Below are positions 25,901 through 38,270 of a stretch of 64,000 bases of DNA, piece by piece. The position numbers and the translations under genes are program-made. The DNA is from the human T2T-CHM13v2.0 reference genome, Homo sapiens. The stretch's first letter is position 1. Each line of letters begins with the position of its first letter. Where the stretch lies: the NCBI RefSeq assembly GCF_009914755.1, contig NC_060935.1; one strand, given 5' to 3'. The notes under the pieces are model-generated. The model searched no databases. It was not told the origin of the DNA and worked only from the letters and a program-made list of their open reading frames with translations.

Positions 25901-26807
25901 AGTGCTATAAATTACCCTCTTATCACTGCTTTAGCTATGTCCCAGAGATTCTGGTATGTTGTCTCGTTATTCTCATTGGTTTCAAAGAACTTCTTGATTT
26001 CTGCCTTAATTTCATTATTTACCCAGGAGTCGTTCAGGAACAGATTGTTCAATTTATGTGTAGTTGTGTGGCTTTCAGTGAGTTACTTAATCCTGAGTTT
26101 TAATTTGATTGCACTGTGGTCTGAGAGACTGTTTGTGATGATTTCAGTTCTCTTGCATTTGCTGAGGAATATTTTACTTCCAATTATGTAGTCAATTTTA
26201 GAATAAGTGCCATGTGGCACTGAGAAGAATGTATATTCTGTTCATTTGGAGTAGAGAGTTCTGTAGATGTCCATTAGGTCCATTTGATCCAAAGCTGAGT
26301 TCAAGTCCTGAATATCCTTGTTAATTTTCTGTCTTGTTGATCTGTCTAATATTGACAGTGGTGTGTTAAAGTCTCCCACTGTTATTGTGAGGGAGTCTAA
26401 GTCTCTTTGTAGGTCTTCAAGAACTTGTTTTATGAACCTGTGTACTCCATATTGGGTGCATATATATTTAGAATAGTTAGTTCTTCTTGTTGAATTGATC
26501 TCTTTACCACTATGTAATGCCCTTTTTTGTCTTTTTTATCTTTCTTGGTTTAAAGTCTGTTTTGTCAGAGACTAGGATTTCAACCCCTGCTTTTTTTTTT
26601 CTTTCCATTTGCTTGGTAAATTTTCTTCCATTTCTTTATTTTGAGCCTATGTGTGTCTTTGCACATGAGATAAGTCTGCTGATTTTGGCACTCCAATGGG
26701 TCTTGACTCATTATCCAACTTGCCAGTCTGTGTCTTTTAATTGGGACATTTAGCCCATTTACATTTAAGGTTAATATTGTTATGTGTGAATTTGATCCTG
26801 TCATCAT
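22990..26807 (-). pseudogene. L1 ORF2 (endonuclease/RT), fragmented
   Basis: MMTGSNSHITILTLNVNGLN start (26580..26807), RT fragment '[13 protein letters not shown]...[13 protein letters not shown]' (24853..25395), and fragment 24396..24680. Confidence 0.93.
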
Positions 26808-26867
26808 GATGCTATCTAGTTATTTTTCACAGTAGTTGATGCAGTTTCTTCATAGTGTTATTTGTCT

Positions 26868-27886
26868 TTATATTTTCGTGTGTTTTTGCATTTGCTGGTA
26901 CCAGTTTTTCTTTCCATATTTAGTGCTTCCTTCAGGAACTCTTGCAAGGCAGGCCTGGTTGTGACTAAATCCCTCAGCATTTGCTTGTCTACAAAGCATT
27001 TTATTTCTCCTTCACTTGTAAAGCTTAGTTTGGCTGGATATGAAATTCTGGGTTGAAAATTATTTTATTTAAGAATGTTAAATATTGGCCCCCACTCTCT
27101 TCTGGCTTGTAGGGTTTTTACTGAGAGGTCCATTGTTAGCCTGATGGCTTTCCCTATGTAGATGACCTGGCCTTTTTCTCTGGTTGCCTTTAACATTTTT
27201 TCCTTCATTTCAATTTTGGAGAATCTGACAATTACGTGTCTTGGGGTTGATCTTCTCATGGAGTATCTTAGTGGCGGTTTCTGTATTTCCTGAATTTGAA
27301 TGTTGGCCTGTCTTGTGAGATTGAGAAAGTTTGCCTGGATAATATCCTGAAGTGTGTTTTCCAATGTGGTTCTATTCTCCCTGTCCCTTTCAGATACTCC
27401 AATCAATCATATGCTCATTCTTTTTACATAGTCTTATATTTCTCAGAAGTTTTGTTGGTTCTTTTTCATTATATTTTCTCTAATCTTGTCTGTATGCATT
27501 ATTTCAGTAAGATGGTCTTCAAACTCTGATATTTTTTCTTCCACTGATTGATTTGGTTTCTGATACTTGTGTGGGCTTCACGAGGTTCTTGTGCTGTGGT
27601 TTTCAGCTCTAACAGGTCATTTATGTTCCTCTCTAAACTGGTTATTCTAGTTAGCAACTCCTCTAACCTTTTATCGAGGTTCTTAGCTTCTTTGCATTGG
27701 GTTAGAACATCCTTTTCTAGCTCAGTGGAGTTTATTATTACCCACCTTCTGAAGCCTACTTCTGTCAACTCACCCATCTTGTTCTCCTGCCGTTCTGTGT
27801 CCTTGTTGGAAAGGCTTTGCAATCATTTGGAGGGGAAGAGTCACTCTGGCCTTTTGGGTCTTCAGGATTTTTTCATTATTTCTCAT
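26868..27886 (-). pseudogene. L1 ORF1, fragmented
   Basis: Fragments 27499..27822 (coiled coil, 'LTRITSLERNINDLLELK') and 27065..27406 ('LENTLQDIIQ...TPRHVIVRFSK...LQARREWGPIFNILK'). Confidence 0.9.
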
Positions 27887-29806
27887 CTTGATGAGTTTGT
27901 CTAGTATTGATCTTTATAGCTGCTGACTCTTGGATGGGGCTTTTGTGGGGACGTTTTCTTGTTGATGCTGTTGTTGTTGCTTTCTGTTTGTTCATTTTTC
28001 TTGCAATGGTCAGGTACCTCTTCTGTAGGGCTGCTGAGGAGGTTTGCTGGGGCTTCAGTTCAGGCCCTATTCATCTGGTTCACTCCCACACTTGGAGGTG
28101 GCACTCAAGGAGGCTGGGGAACAGCAAAGATGGGTGCCTGCTCCTTCCTCTGGGATCTCTGACCTCATGGGGCACTGACCTGAAGCCAGTAGGAACGCTC
28201 TTGTGTTGGATGTCTGACAACCCCTGTTAGAGGTCTCACCCAGTTGGGTGGCATGGGGAGCATGACTTGTTTAACAAAGCACTTTGACTGTCCCTTGGTG
28301 GAGGAGGTGTGCTTCGCTAGGGGGAAACTCACTCATCTGGGCTGCCCAGATTCCTCAGAGCTAGCAGGAGGAAAGAATAGGTCTGCTGATCCATGGAGAC
28401 TGTGGTCACCCCTCCCCCTAAGGGCTCAGGCCCAGGGAGGTTAGAGTTATGTCCCTGAGACCCTGGCTGGAGTTGTTGGAGTTCCTGTAGCGAGGGCCTC
28501 CCACCTCACAGTGAGGAGAAGGGATGGGTCTGGTCAGGGCTGAAGAGACACTCTGTCCATAGTCTGCCAGAGCTGGTGTGTTGGGCTATGACGGATACCT
28601 CTTGGGACCAAGCCACCCAGCTTCCCTGGCTTCAGCAGGGGAAAAGTGTGGCCTGGACCTAGAGAGATGGTGCTGCCCCTCCCCAACCCTGGTAGCTTGG
28701 TGTGTTAGGCAGCTATCAGTCCCAGTGTTGACTGTCGCCCCTCCCCCAAGGAGCTCAAAGGGCTTAGACAGCAGGCAGCCACAGCTGTGGTACTAGCCGC
28801 CCCTCCACCCAGGAGCTCAGTAGGCTTAAGAAGATTCTAACCGAGTGGTTGTGGAGAATCTGCGCAGCTCCATGGTTGGGACCCTAGGCTCTGGTGACAT
28901 AGGCTTAGTAGTGGGATCTTCCAATCCATGGGTTGCACAGTTCTGTGGAAAAAGCACGTTTTCCCAAGGCTAGATAGCATGCTCACTCACTGCCTGCCTT
29001 GGCTGAGGGATGGGGACTCCCCTGCCCTGTGTGGCTCTCAGGTGGGCCACCGTACCACACTGCTCTTCCTTCCTCTCCATGGGTCACACTAGCTGCCTAG
29101 TCAGTTCTGATGACAGAACCTGGATCCCTCGTTTGCCAGTGCAGGATTTGCACACTGTTATGGTTCTTTGCTGTGGGAACCTCCAGTTGTCACTGCTTTG
29201 AATCGGCCATCTTGGCCCTGCCCCCCCTTTATTCTTGAAAACTTTCCTTGCTCTGAAGTTTATGCTGTTTGAAATTAATATAGATACTCTTGCTTTCTTT
29301 TCACTGGTGTTCGCATGCTATATCTTTCTTCAACATTTTTTACATACTCTATATGGGTCTTTATATTTAAAGTGGATTTCTTGTTGACAACATATAGTTG
29401 GGTCTTATTTGATCTACTCTGACAATCTCTGTCTTTTAATTAGTGTATTTAGATTACTGATGTTTAACGGATTATTGATATAATGAATTAAAATTTGTCA
29501 TATTTGTTTTCTATTTGTTGTCCTTGCTCTTTGTTCCTATTTTTCTACTCTTCCTTTTTTGTTTGTTTTTTGATTTTAATTGAGCATTTTATATGATTCA
29601 ATTTTTTCTTTCTTCTTAGTATGTCAGTTATAATTTTCTTCTTTTTAAATTGTTGCCCTGGAATTTGCAATATACATTTACAACTAATCTAAGTCTTCTT
29701 TCAAATAATACTAAAATGCTTTGCAAGTAGTAAAAGTCCTTTATAATAAAAAAAATCTTAATTCTTCTCTCTTGTTCCTTGTTTTGTTGCTGCCATTTAT
29801 TTCACT

Positions 29807-29896
29807 ATTACATAAGCATGCCTAAGTGTATGTATATATACTTAGGTATGCAAATGTGTGCAAATACACACATACACTTAGGTATGCTTATGCAAT
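29807..29896. repeat. Inverted repeat with two alternative right arms
   Basis: 29811-29833 is the reverse complement of 29870-29892 at 22/23. 29816-29831 also pairs with 29836-29851 at 14/16. Confidence 0.9.
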
Positions 29897-31632
29897 TATA
29901 CATATATACACAAACTATATATATGTATAATTTATTTTACTGTTGCTATTATTATTTTGAACAAACTATTACCTGTCAGATCAATTAAGAATAAAAAGTT
30001 TTTCTTTTACCTTCACTTATTCCTTCTGTTATGTTTTTCCTTTATTAATGTATATTCAAATTTCAAACCTAAATCATTTTTCTTCTTCTAAAGAACTTTT
30101 AACATTTCTTGCAATGCAAGTCTACCAGCAACAAATTCTGTTTATTTTTGTCTGAGAAACTCTTTATTTCTCATTCACTTTTGAAGGATAATCTCACAAG
30201 GTATACAATTCTAAGTTGGTGGCTTTTTCTTCTATATTTTAAGTATTTCATTCCATTCTCTTCCTGGATGCTTGGTTTCTGAAGAGAGGTTAAATGTAAT
30301 TCATATATTTGCTCCCATATAGGTAAGATGATTTTTTCTCTAGCTTCTTTGGAATTTTTTTTTAATCTTTGGTTTTTAACAGTTTGAATACAATATGCCT
30401 AGATATAGGTTTAGGAGGCATTTACCCTGCTTAGAATTCTCCGAGCTTCCTGTTACTATAGTTTAATATCTGACATTAATTTGGAGGATATTCTCAGTCA
30501 TTATTGTTTTAAATATTTATTTAGCTCCTTCCTCTCTTCTCCTTTTGGTACAGCAATTTACAGGTGAGTCCCATGGTTTTTGGATATTCTACTCCTTTTA
30601 ATTTTTGCAGGTTTTTATTCTCTTTTAATTTCTGTTTTGGAGGTTTCTATTGTCATACCCTGAAGCTCACAGATTCTTTCTCAGTTCTGTTCAGTTTACT
30701 GATAAGCCCATCAAATACATTTTTCTTTTTTGTTACAGTGTTTTTATTTCTAGCATTTAAAAAATATTCTTAGGATTTCCATCTCTCTGCTTACATTGTC
30801 CCCCTGTACTTGCATGCTGTATTCTTTATCCATTGGCATCCTTAGTATATTAATTATTGTTGTTTTGAACTCCTGGTCTGATAATTCCAACATCCCTGCC
30901 ATATCTGAGTCTGAATCTGAAGCCTGTTGAATCTTTTCAAGCTGTGTTGTTTTGTTTTGTTTTGACTTTGAGTATGCTTTGCAATGTTTTCATGATGGCT
31001 GGACATAATAGACTGGATACAAATAACAGTGGTAAATAGGCCTTTAATAATGTGATGGTAAGTTGTAGCAAGGGAAGTGTCTCAGTCCTTCCTCACTTTA
31101 GGAGGGACAGGACAGCTAAAGTGGGCTGGAATTGGGAATTGCCCTTCTACCAAGTCAGTTAGGTTCTGGTAAAACCCCAGTAGTTTAGACTCTAGTGAAA
31201 TAGTTTCTCCTGACAACAGGCTTTGTGACAAAGAATAGAACGCTCTGGTGTATATCAAAATGGGGAGTTTCCCCTCCCTTCACTCCTGCCTGCAGAATCT
31301 GTAAGGGGATTTTTCCAGGCCTTCACTGTGGGAAGTGAGCAGAGCTCCTAAAGGTAAAACTCACAAAAGCATGAACTGCACCCCTTCCCACACCCCCAAC
31401 AATGGGCATCTCTGAAGACTTTAACTCTCAGACTGTCCACACTGAGTCTCCAGTAACTGGTCAGTTACAGTTTAGCTTTTCCTACCCTGGTACTAGTTCT
31501 CAGAGAGTTTTCTGCTCCTGGTTTCTGCTCTGTTAATTTCTGTATTTCTGTGTTCATCTACCAGTCTCTTAAATTTTGGGGGCAATGATGTCCTGTGAAC
31601 TCACTTCTCTGAAGGATATATGAAGAACTTCC

Positions 31633-31691
31633 TTCTTCAGTTTATTCAGCTTGTTCAGTTTATTCTTCAGTTATTCTTCAGTTTGTTCAGC
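31633..31691. repeat. Short degenerate tandem repeat of ttcagtt-type units
   Basis: 'ttcttcagtttattcagcttgttcagtttattcttcagttattcttcagtttgttcagc'. Confidence 0.8.
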
Positions 31692-31760
31692 TTTTTACTT
31701 ATTGTTGATACAATGACAATTTCTAAGCTCCTTATATACCAAACTGGAAAATGAAAGTCC

Positions 31761-32068
31761 TTACTTTAATTTTAAAATAAAATTAAATTTACAGAAATGT
31801 TCCAAAAATAGTATATGGAGCTCCCATATACCCCATATCCAGTTTCCAGTATTACTAACATCTTACATTAGTATGGTCCATTTGTCATAATTAATGAACA
31901 GAAATTGACATATTATTGTTAAATAAAGTCTACACTATTTAGGTTCCCTTAGTTTTTACCTACTATTATTTTTCTGCTACAGGATCCTACATAGGACACC
32001 ACACTGTTTAATCATCATGCCTCCTTAGAGCCCTGTTGTCTGTGACAACTTCTACACTTTCTTCTCTT
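31761..32068 (-). mobile_element. L1MD-like 3' end
   Basis: 'tttacagaaatgttccaaaaatagtatatggagctcccatatacc...aacatcttacattagtatggtccatttgtcataattaatgaac'. Confidence 0.75.
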
Positions 32069-32069
32069 A

Positions 32070-32414
32070 ATTCTATGTCTGGGGGTACATTTGCATGTTT
32101 CTTACATGGGTATATTTTGTAATGGTGGGGACTGGTGTGCTTCTAGTGTGCCTACAACCCAAATATTGAATGTTGTACCCAACAGGTAAGTTTCCAACCT
32201 TTAGTCCTCTCCCATCCTTTCCCTTTTTGGAGACCCAGTGTCTATTATTTCCATCTTTATGTCCATATGTATTCATTGTTTAGCACCCTCTTATAAGTGA
32301 GAACATGCAATATTTGGTTTTCTGATCCTGAGTTCATTTACTTAAGGTAGTGGACTCCAGTTCCATTCATGTGGCTGCAAAGGACATAATTTCTTTCTTT
32401 TTTATGACTGCATA
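32070..32414 (-). mobile_element. L1PA16/17- or L1PB4-like 3' end
   Basis: 'gggggtacatttgcatgtttcttacatgggtatatt...cttataagtgagaacatgcaatatttggttttctg'. Confidence 0.85.
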
Positions 32415-33286
32415 ACAACTACTGTACTTTTTATGACTATTTTTTCAATCGTCCTGTCTCATTTCATTAACATTTTCCCCTATGTCATTGCAAATATTTT
32501 CAGGATTAGTTTAAATTGTTGATCCCCATTTTAAAATTTATGTAATAAACATTGTTCTGTTTGATATTTTCTTTCTAATGGTTGCATTTCCTAAGCATCT
32601 GGTTATTTTGGCTGAGAGTGCCTGTCCCCCAGGGGGTATCAGAAAAATCTGATTGTTATTAGGTTTAGGGAGGAGTCAAAGCCCAGGCCCTCTTTGTTTG
32701 TGCTCTTCCTGTGAATTTCAGGAGACAAGAGACAATGTGCCTCAGAACTGCTGGCAACCACCTTCTTTGCTTCATTTCCACCAGGCATAATCCTATGATC
32801 ATGGATTCTCCTTTAAACCCTTTGAACAAGCCAGCAAAGGGAAAAAAGCATTCTCTTTAGATGGTAATCCCCCATGGCTAAGGGTTTGAAGGGAGAAGGG
32901 AAGGATGACTGAATGTTAGAGGGGGTGGGGCAGTTCACAGTTGTTTGCAGCAGGTTGTGCTGTGCTACGCACTACTAACACTTGATAGCCTGAGCAAGTG
33001 CTGCTGACACTGACTCCCTGGGGATTACAGAAGGCAGGAATCTTCCCAAGCCTAGAGGTAAATTGGAAGGAAAAAACCTTTTCCATACCTGTCTGCTCTG
33101 GCATTTCACCGCAGTGCTGCAGGTTGCCACCTGCCACACATCAGTTTACAGAAGTGTTTGGTGTTTTCCTGGGTTTTTCATAAAACCTTTAGATCTGTAC
33201 ATTCTTCCCTCATCTGCAGTTTCTCCACAGTTGACTTAGAGGAAGGAATCCACAGTACATGTCAGTTCTCCATATTTTCAGGAAGC
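32415..33286 (-). mobile_element. Very old L1M/HAL1-like element, 5' part (probable continuation of 19450-20215)
   Basis: Antisense ORF1-like T-rich start. The end 'gtcagttctccatattttcaggaag' resembles a decayed L1 5' terminus (gccatctt). Confidence 0.45.
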
Positions 33287-33594
33287 AACCAAAGCTTAGG
33301 AGGTGTAGGGTCCTGAAGCTAGTGAGAAATAGAGGTAGGATACAGACTCATTCTTGAGGACTCCAAAGCCTGTACACTTTCCACTTTCTCACCTCTGAGA
33401 CTTATATGCCCATGGGTTCAAATACAACACAGATCCCCAGAACACCAGAACTGCTATCAAACCAATAAAATCATGTGGGTGAACTGTATATCTGAAATGA
33501 GACTTTGATGGACAACTCTCTTGACAGGGGACATATTACATTTAACAATTTAAGAATAGGGAGGAATAATTGTTCCAGACCTCCTTTGTGACTT

Positions 33595-33680
33595 TTCATT
33601 CATTCATTCAATATAAATTTACTAAGGAGCCACTGTTTACAGCCTCTGATCTACACATTGAGTATGAAGTAATGAGGAAA
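33595..33680 (-). mobile_element. L2 3' end
   Basis: (ttca)n followed by 'atataaatttactaaggagccactg'. Confidence 0.6.
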
Positions 33681-35092
33681 AAAAAACCCAAACAGATTAC
33701 ACACTTTTATTGACAAGTGTTCTACATCTTGGTATGGGTTAGTCAGAAATATAGTTCTCACATGTAAAACAAAACAAAAAACTCACCCATTGAAATTTTG
33801 TAGTCCCTAGTCCAGTACATCCATGAGTCTTATAGACCTATGTACTCACACATAATGCAATCCAACCTAATTAAATGCCACACCATGGTTGGAACCCACT
33901 GGTGACAAACTGATAAGTAGGCCAGGATGCTCTTAAGTACCCACAGGACTCTTTTTTTTTCTGTTCTTCTCTCTGCTGTTCCTATCAAGAGCTGATTTAT
34001 GATATTTTCTTACTCCTATCTACAAAAAATTATGCTACAAAATTGTCATTAAGTCAAGACGTCATATCTTATCCAAGTTTGATTAATTTCTCAAAATCTT
34101 ATGTGAAAGAAACAGATATCTAACTTCGAATATTAGAAATATATTTGGGGTAGAATGAAGTCAGAGTTCCTTGGCTGTCCACAGAAGTCATGTATATCAT
34201 AGGCCAGCTACCAAGTTTGCCTTGGAAACAAAAGGAAGTAGATACAAACAAACATTTTAAAAAGTGGTCCACACTTTTTTTTCTCTATGATCTAATAAAC
34301 TATTGATTAAAAGCACAAACTGCTTGTAAACAGAAGCCAGCAGATAAGAAAATAAAATTACTTCAAAGGATGGATTCTAGGATTATGTGCTTAAAATATT
34401 TCTCTTTGTGTAGCTTATCAGGCAACCAAAAAATTAAAAGTGATTTTCATTGAAAGTAGACTGACATTTTCTGGTGGTTACACTTCATGCAGCACTCTAG
34501 AAAAACTGATAAAACCAATTACTGGGCAGCTATTCATGAGATGATCAGCATAATCAAATAACATAGTCTAGGATTAATTGGCTGTTCCTAAAAGAACATG
34601 GAGCTTGGCATATGGAAAAGGAGGAGCTAATAGGGTCAGGACTGGCTTTTATGGGTCACTTTTAGAAAGTGGTTATTATTTACATGACACACATATATGT
34701 GTGTTCATTTGAGAGGCTATCAAAATGCCCTCACTGGCACAGTGAAGGGCAAACAGAGGAAAAGGAAAAGGAGGAGGAGGAACCTCCATCTTTAAATCCA
34801 ATATAATAGTTTCCATATGTGGTAAGCACCGGTTAATGCTTATTATAAGAGCAAAATAAAATAAGGAGACATAAAAGAATTCTTAATTGAGGAAAAGAGT
34901 AAAAATGGGGGACAAAAATGGATGCTTGTTATGATCTGTCAAAGAGCCCTTAACCAGGGGCTCAGAAATTATATCATTTCTACATGAATGTGTACCCCAC
35001 ATTATCAGAGAATCTCCTTTCCAGTATAATATCCAAGAGTCTTTAAGGGAAAGACAACGAAATTGTCTTAAATTTTATCTAACCAGTTATAT

Positions 35093-35621
35093 TGGTAGTT
35101 CTCAACTGATGCTGATTGTGCCTTCCTCCCTCTCCCCACAATGATTTGTCAATATCTGGAGATATTATTGGTTTTCACAACCAGAAAGGTGCTATTGGCA
35201 TTGGGAGGATAAAGGCCAGGATGCTGCTGAATACCCTGAAGCACACTAGGCAGCTTTCCTCCACCAACAATTATCTGGTAAAAAATGCTAAGCCACCACA
35301 AGCATGGTGGCTCAAGCCTGTAATCCCAGTACTTTGGGAATCTGACGGAGACCGATTATGAGGTCAGGAGATCGAGACCATCCTGGCTAACACAGCGAAA
35401 CCTCATCTCTACTAAAAATACAAAAAGTTAGCTGGACTTGGTGGCACACGCCTGTAGTCCCAGCTACTCAGGAGGCTGAGGCAGGAGAATCACTTGAACC
35501 CAGGAAGCAGAGGTTCCAGTGAGCTGAGATCGCACCACTGCACTCCAACAAGGGCGACAGAGTGAGACTTCGTCTCAAAAAAAAAAAAAAATCCTAATGA
35601 TGCTGACACTGTGAATCCATG
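35093..35621 (+). mobile_element. MER20 hAT DNA transposon split by an Alu
   Basis: 'gtagttctcaact...atttgtcaatatctggagatattattggttttcacaac...aggccaggatgctgctgaataccct...aattatctgg'. The terminal part resumes after the Alu. Confidence 0.8.
35293..35590 (+). mobile_element. AluSc8-like
   Basis: 'gaggtcaggagatcgagaccatcctggctaacac' with 'aatcacttgaa'. A tail present. TSD-like aaaaatgctaa / aaaaatcctaa. Confidence 0.93.
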
Positions 35622-35744
35622 TGACATATGATAGTGGAAGAAAAGAGCTGCGTGTGAAATATAGGTCACTGTTTCATTTAATTTAATGACATCGTATAAA
35701 AGTCTCAAATTTTTATTAATGGGTATTAGAAATGTCAGGATATA

Positions 35745-35792
35745 GAATCAAACTAAGTGTCTTTGAACAAATGAGTGGATAAAGAAAATGTG

Positions 35793-35831
<39 letters not shown>

Positions 35832-36383
35832 TATACACAGTGGAATACTATTCAGCTTTAAAAAAATTCTATCATTTGTCACAACGTGGATGAAAAACCT
35901 GGAAGATATTATGCTATGTGAAATAAGCCAGACGGAGAAAGGTATTTAAATACTGCATTATCTCACTTATATATGAAATCTTAAAACTTTGAACTCATAG
36001 AATCAGAGTAGAATGGTTGTTACCAGAGTTATAGGGTGGGAAGGAGGATTTTGAGACATGTTGTTAAAGAATGCAACATTCTAGGTAGACAAAAAGAATA
36101 AGTTCAGGAGATCTATTGTAAAACATTGTGACTATAGTCATTAACAATGTATTGTATAATTGAAAATTAATAAAAGAGTAGATTTTAAATGTTCTTGCCA
36201 CAAAAAAATTTAAGTGTCTGAGGTAGGGAATAAATTACTTAGCTTGATTTAGCCATTCCACAATGTATACATATATCAAAACATCATGTTGTATACCATA
36301 AATATACACAATTTTTATTTGTCAATTTAAATACATGCATGCATACATATATACATAAAACATAAAATAATAAAAATAAAATA
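35745..36383 (+). mobile_element. L1MA6/7-like 3' end with internal (CA)n
   Basis: 'agttcaggagatctattgta', 'agcttgatttagccattccacaatgtatacatatatcaaaacatcatgttgta' and an A-rich tail. (CA)n at 35794-35827. Confidence 0.88.
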
Positions 36384-36739
36384 AGACAACATCTCTCAGG
36401 GCCAGATCTAACACTAAAAAGTCAGATTTTGTACTCTTTTAACTCCAAAAAGTAATTCATAATAATGATAATAGTACTACATTCTTAGCAAAGCAAAATA
36501 AAACTAATCCTTTTTATCTAATTATAGACGGTGCAATGAATAAGTCACACTTATCATTGAGTTATTTGTTCTGCTTCCTTAATAACTGAATATTTTAATA
36601 CCACAACAATTAGGGCACAGCATTGTTGGAGGAAGTTAAACAAACTTATTCATGTAGCTTTCTTCTTTTCTACAAGTTAAGTGATGGTCTTTCATTAAGA
36701 CTATCAGTTCAGAACTGAAGGGGTCCGTAGACTCTTTGA

Positions 36740-38270
36740 CTCAGTTTTCATTAACTTATCCTTTCAAAATATGTACTGACCTACTACATACGAAGAGTTT
36801 TGCTAGCCACCAGAGCTTTGATAAGGGGCCAAATACCATTTCTTCTCTCTCAAAACTTATATGTAAGTGTATGGCTGGGGTGTGTTGCCTGCAGGGGAGT
36901 TGGGGGGGTGGTGCTCACAGATAAGTAAACATAAAATTATAGTAGAAAGTATTGTGGTAAGAAGAATAATCTTTACTCCACCAAAAGAAGTTTACATTCC
37001 AATTTCTGGATCCTAGTAACACGTTACCTTACATGGCAAAGGGAAATTAAGGCGGGAGACAGAATTAAGATTGTTAACTTCTGACTTTACAATAGGAATT
37101 GGATTGTCCAGATGGGTACAGATGTAATCAGAAGAACGTTTAAAAGTAGAAGAAAGATACAGAAGAGGCGTTAAGACAAGAAGAAGAGAAACTGAAAATG
37201 ACATGATGTGAGAAGGACTTGGCCTGATGTTGATGGCTTTTAAGGTGGTGGAAGGAGGGCATGAGTCAAGCAATGCAGTCAGCCTCTACGTGCTGGAAAG
37301 GGAAGGCTCTTCTAGAGCCTCCAGAAAGAATGCACCCCTGTTGACACCTTGATTTCAGCTCAATCAGACCTATGCCACAATTTTGATCTCCAGAGCTGTA
37401 AGACAATTAGTATCTAGTGTTTTAAGCTAATATGTGTGTAGTAATTTGTTATGGTAGCAAGATGAAACTAATACAAATGTTAAATGCACTGAATGAGAAA
37501 TAATGAGATGCATTTGAGCAAGAACATGGTGTGATGTGTGTTGAGTGTGAGGGGAGGCACCAGTCAGGGAAATCTTTCCAGATTAATTAAATTCTAAGCT
37601 GGATTCTGAAGGACACAAAACTGTTGATCACACAAAGAACCCTGGAATAGCATTCCAGGTGAAATGAATAGAATAAAGTCCTGGCGATAAACAAGAGTGT
37701 GCTTCTTGTGAGCTATATTAAGTTTCTCAGGTTAGACAGGAAAGATAGAGCAGCAGAGATCAATAAAAGTCAGATGATTGAGCTCTGCAGAACAATTTGC
37801 TTAGTCTAGATTTGATTCTAAAAGCAATTGTTAGTTAACAAAGACCTTTAAATAGAGGAATGGCATGACTGAATTTGAGGGGAAAAATTCTCTAGTTGCT
37901 GCATGAAGAATGGGTGGGAGCAAGACAAAAGTGGAAGCAGGGAGAACAGTTTGGAGGCATTTGCAGCCATCCCTGGGTAAATGGTCATTCACTCAGAGCC
38001 AGAGCAATGGAGGTGGATAGAGGTGAATGAGTTAAGAAAGGTAGAATCAATAAAGATTGGTTAAAACAAATAAACAAACAACTAGATGGTGGTGGTGATG
38101 AAGAGAGGAGAGGCAAGAATGAAACCTAGGTATCTAGTTTAGACAACTGGATTGATGGGAAGCCCTTCTCTAGAACACAAAATATGGGCAGTGGGGGTTT
38201 CCTTCACAAAATTAATTGGTTTCAAACAGGCTTATACTACAGGACTTGAGGAACATCTGAGTGGACTAGA
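36740..38270 (-). mobile_element. L2, interrupted by MLT1D
   Basis: Purine-rich antisense L2, e.g. 'ggcatgactgaatttg...ctctagttgctgcatgaagaatgg' and 'gaagcagggagaacagtttggaggc'. Confidence 0.7.
36953..37475 (+). mobile_element. MLT1D LTR
   Basis: tgtggtaa...aactaataca termini. Contains 'gttaccttacatggcaaaggga' and 'tctagagcctccagaaagaatgca'. Confidence 0.88.

Larger units (their letters stand above)
22763..29226 (-). mobile_element. Full-length L1PA8-like LINE-1 (about 6.46 kb), both ORFs disrupted
   Basis: 3' UTR 'ttttaagccccacgtgcattag'. ORF2 and ORF1 fragments appear in the ORF track. The 5' end reads GGGGGGCAGGGCCAAGATGGCCG on the minus strand. TSD ctttattctt at 22753-22762 and 29227-29236. 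Confidence 0.93.
29227..31760 (-). mobile_element. Continuation of the L1MC1-like host (ORF2 start, ORF1, 5' UTR)
   Basis: Resumes in register after the L1PA8 TSD. Ends in 'ttctaagctccttatataccaaactggaaaatgaaagtcc', typical of an old L1M 5' terminus. Confidence 0.75.

Noticed and set aside
34687-34704. Perfect 18-bp palindrome acacacatatatgtgtgt
   Set aside because: Dinucleotide low complexity makes a chance origin likely.
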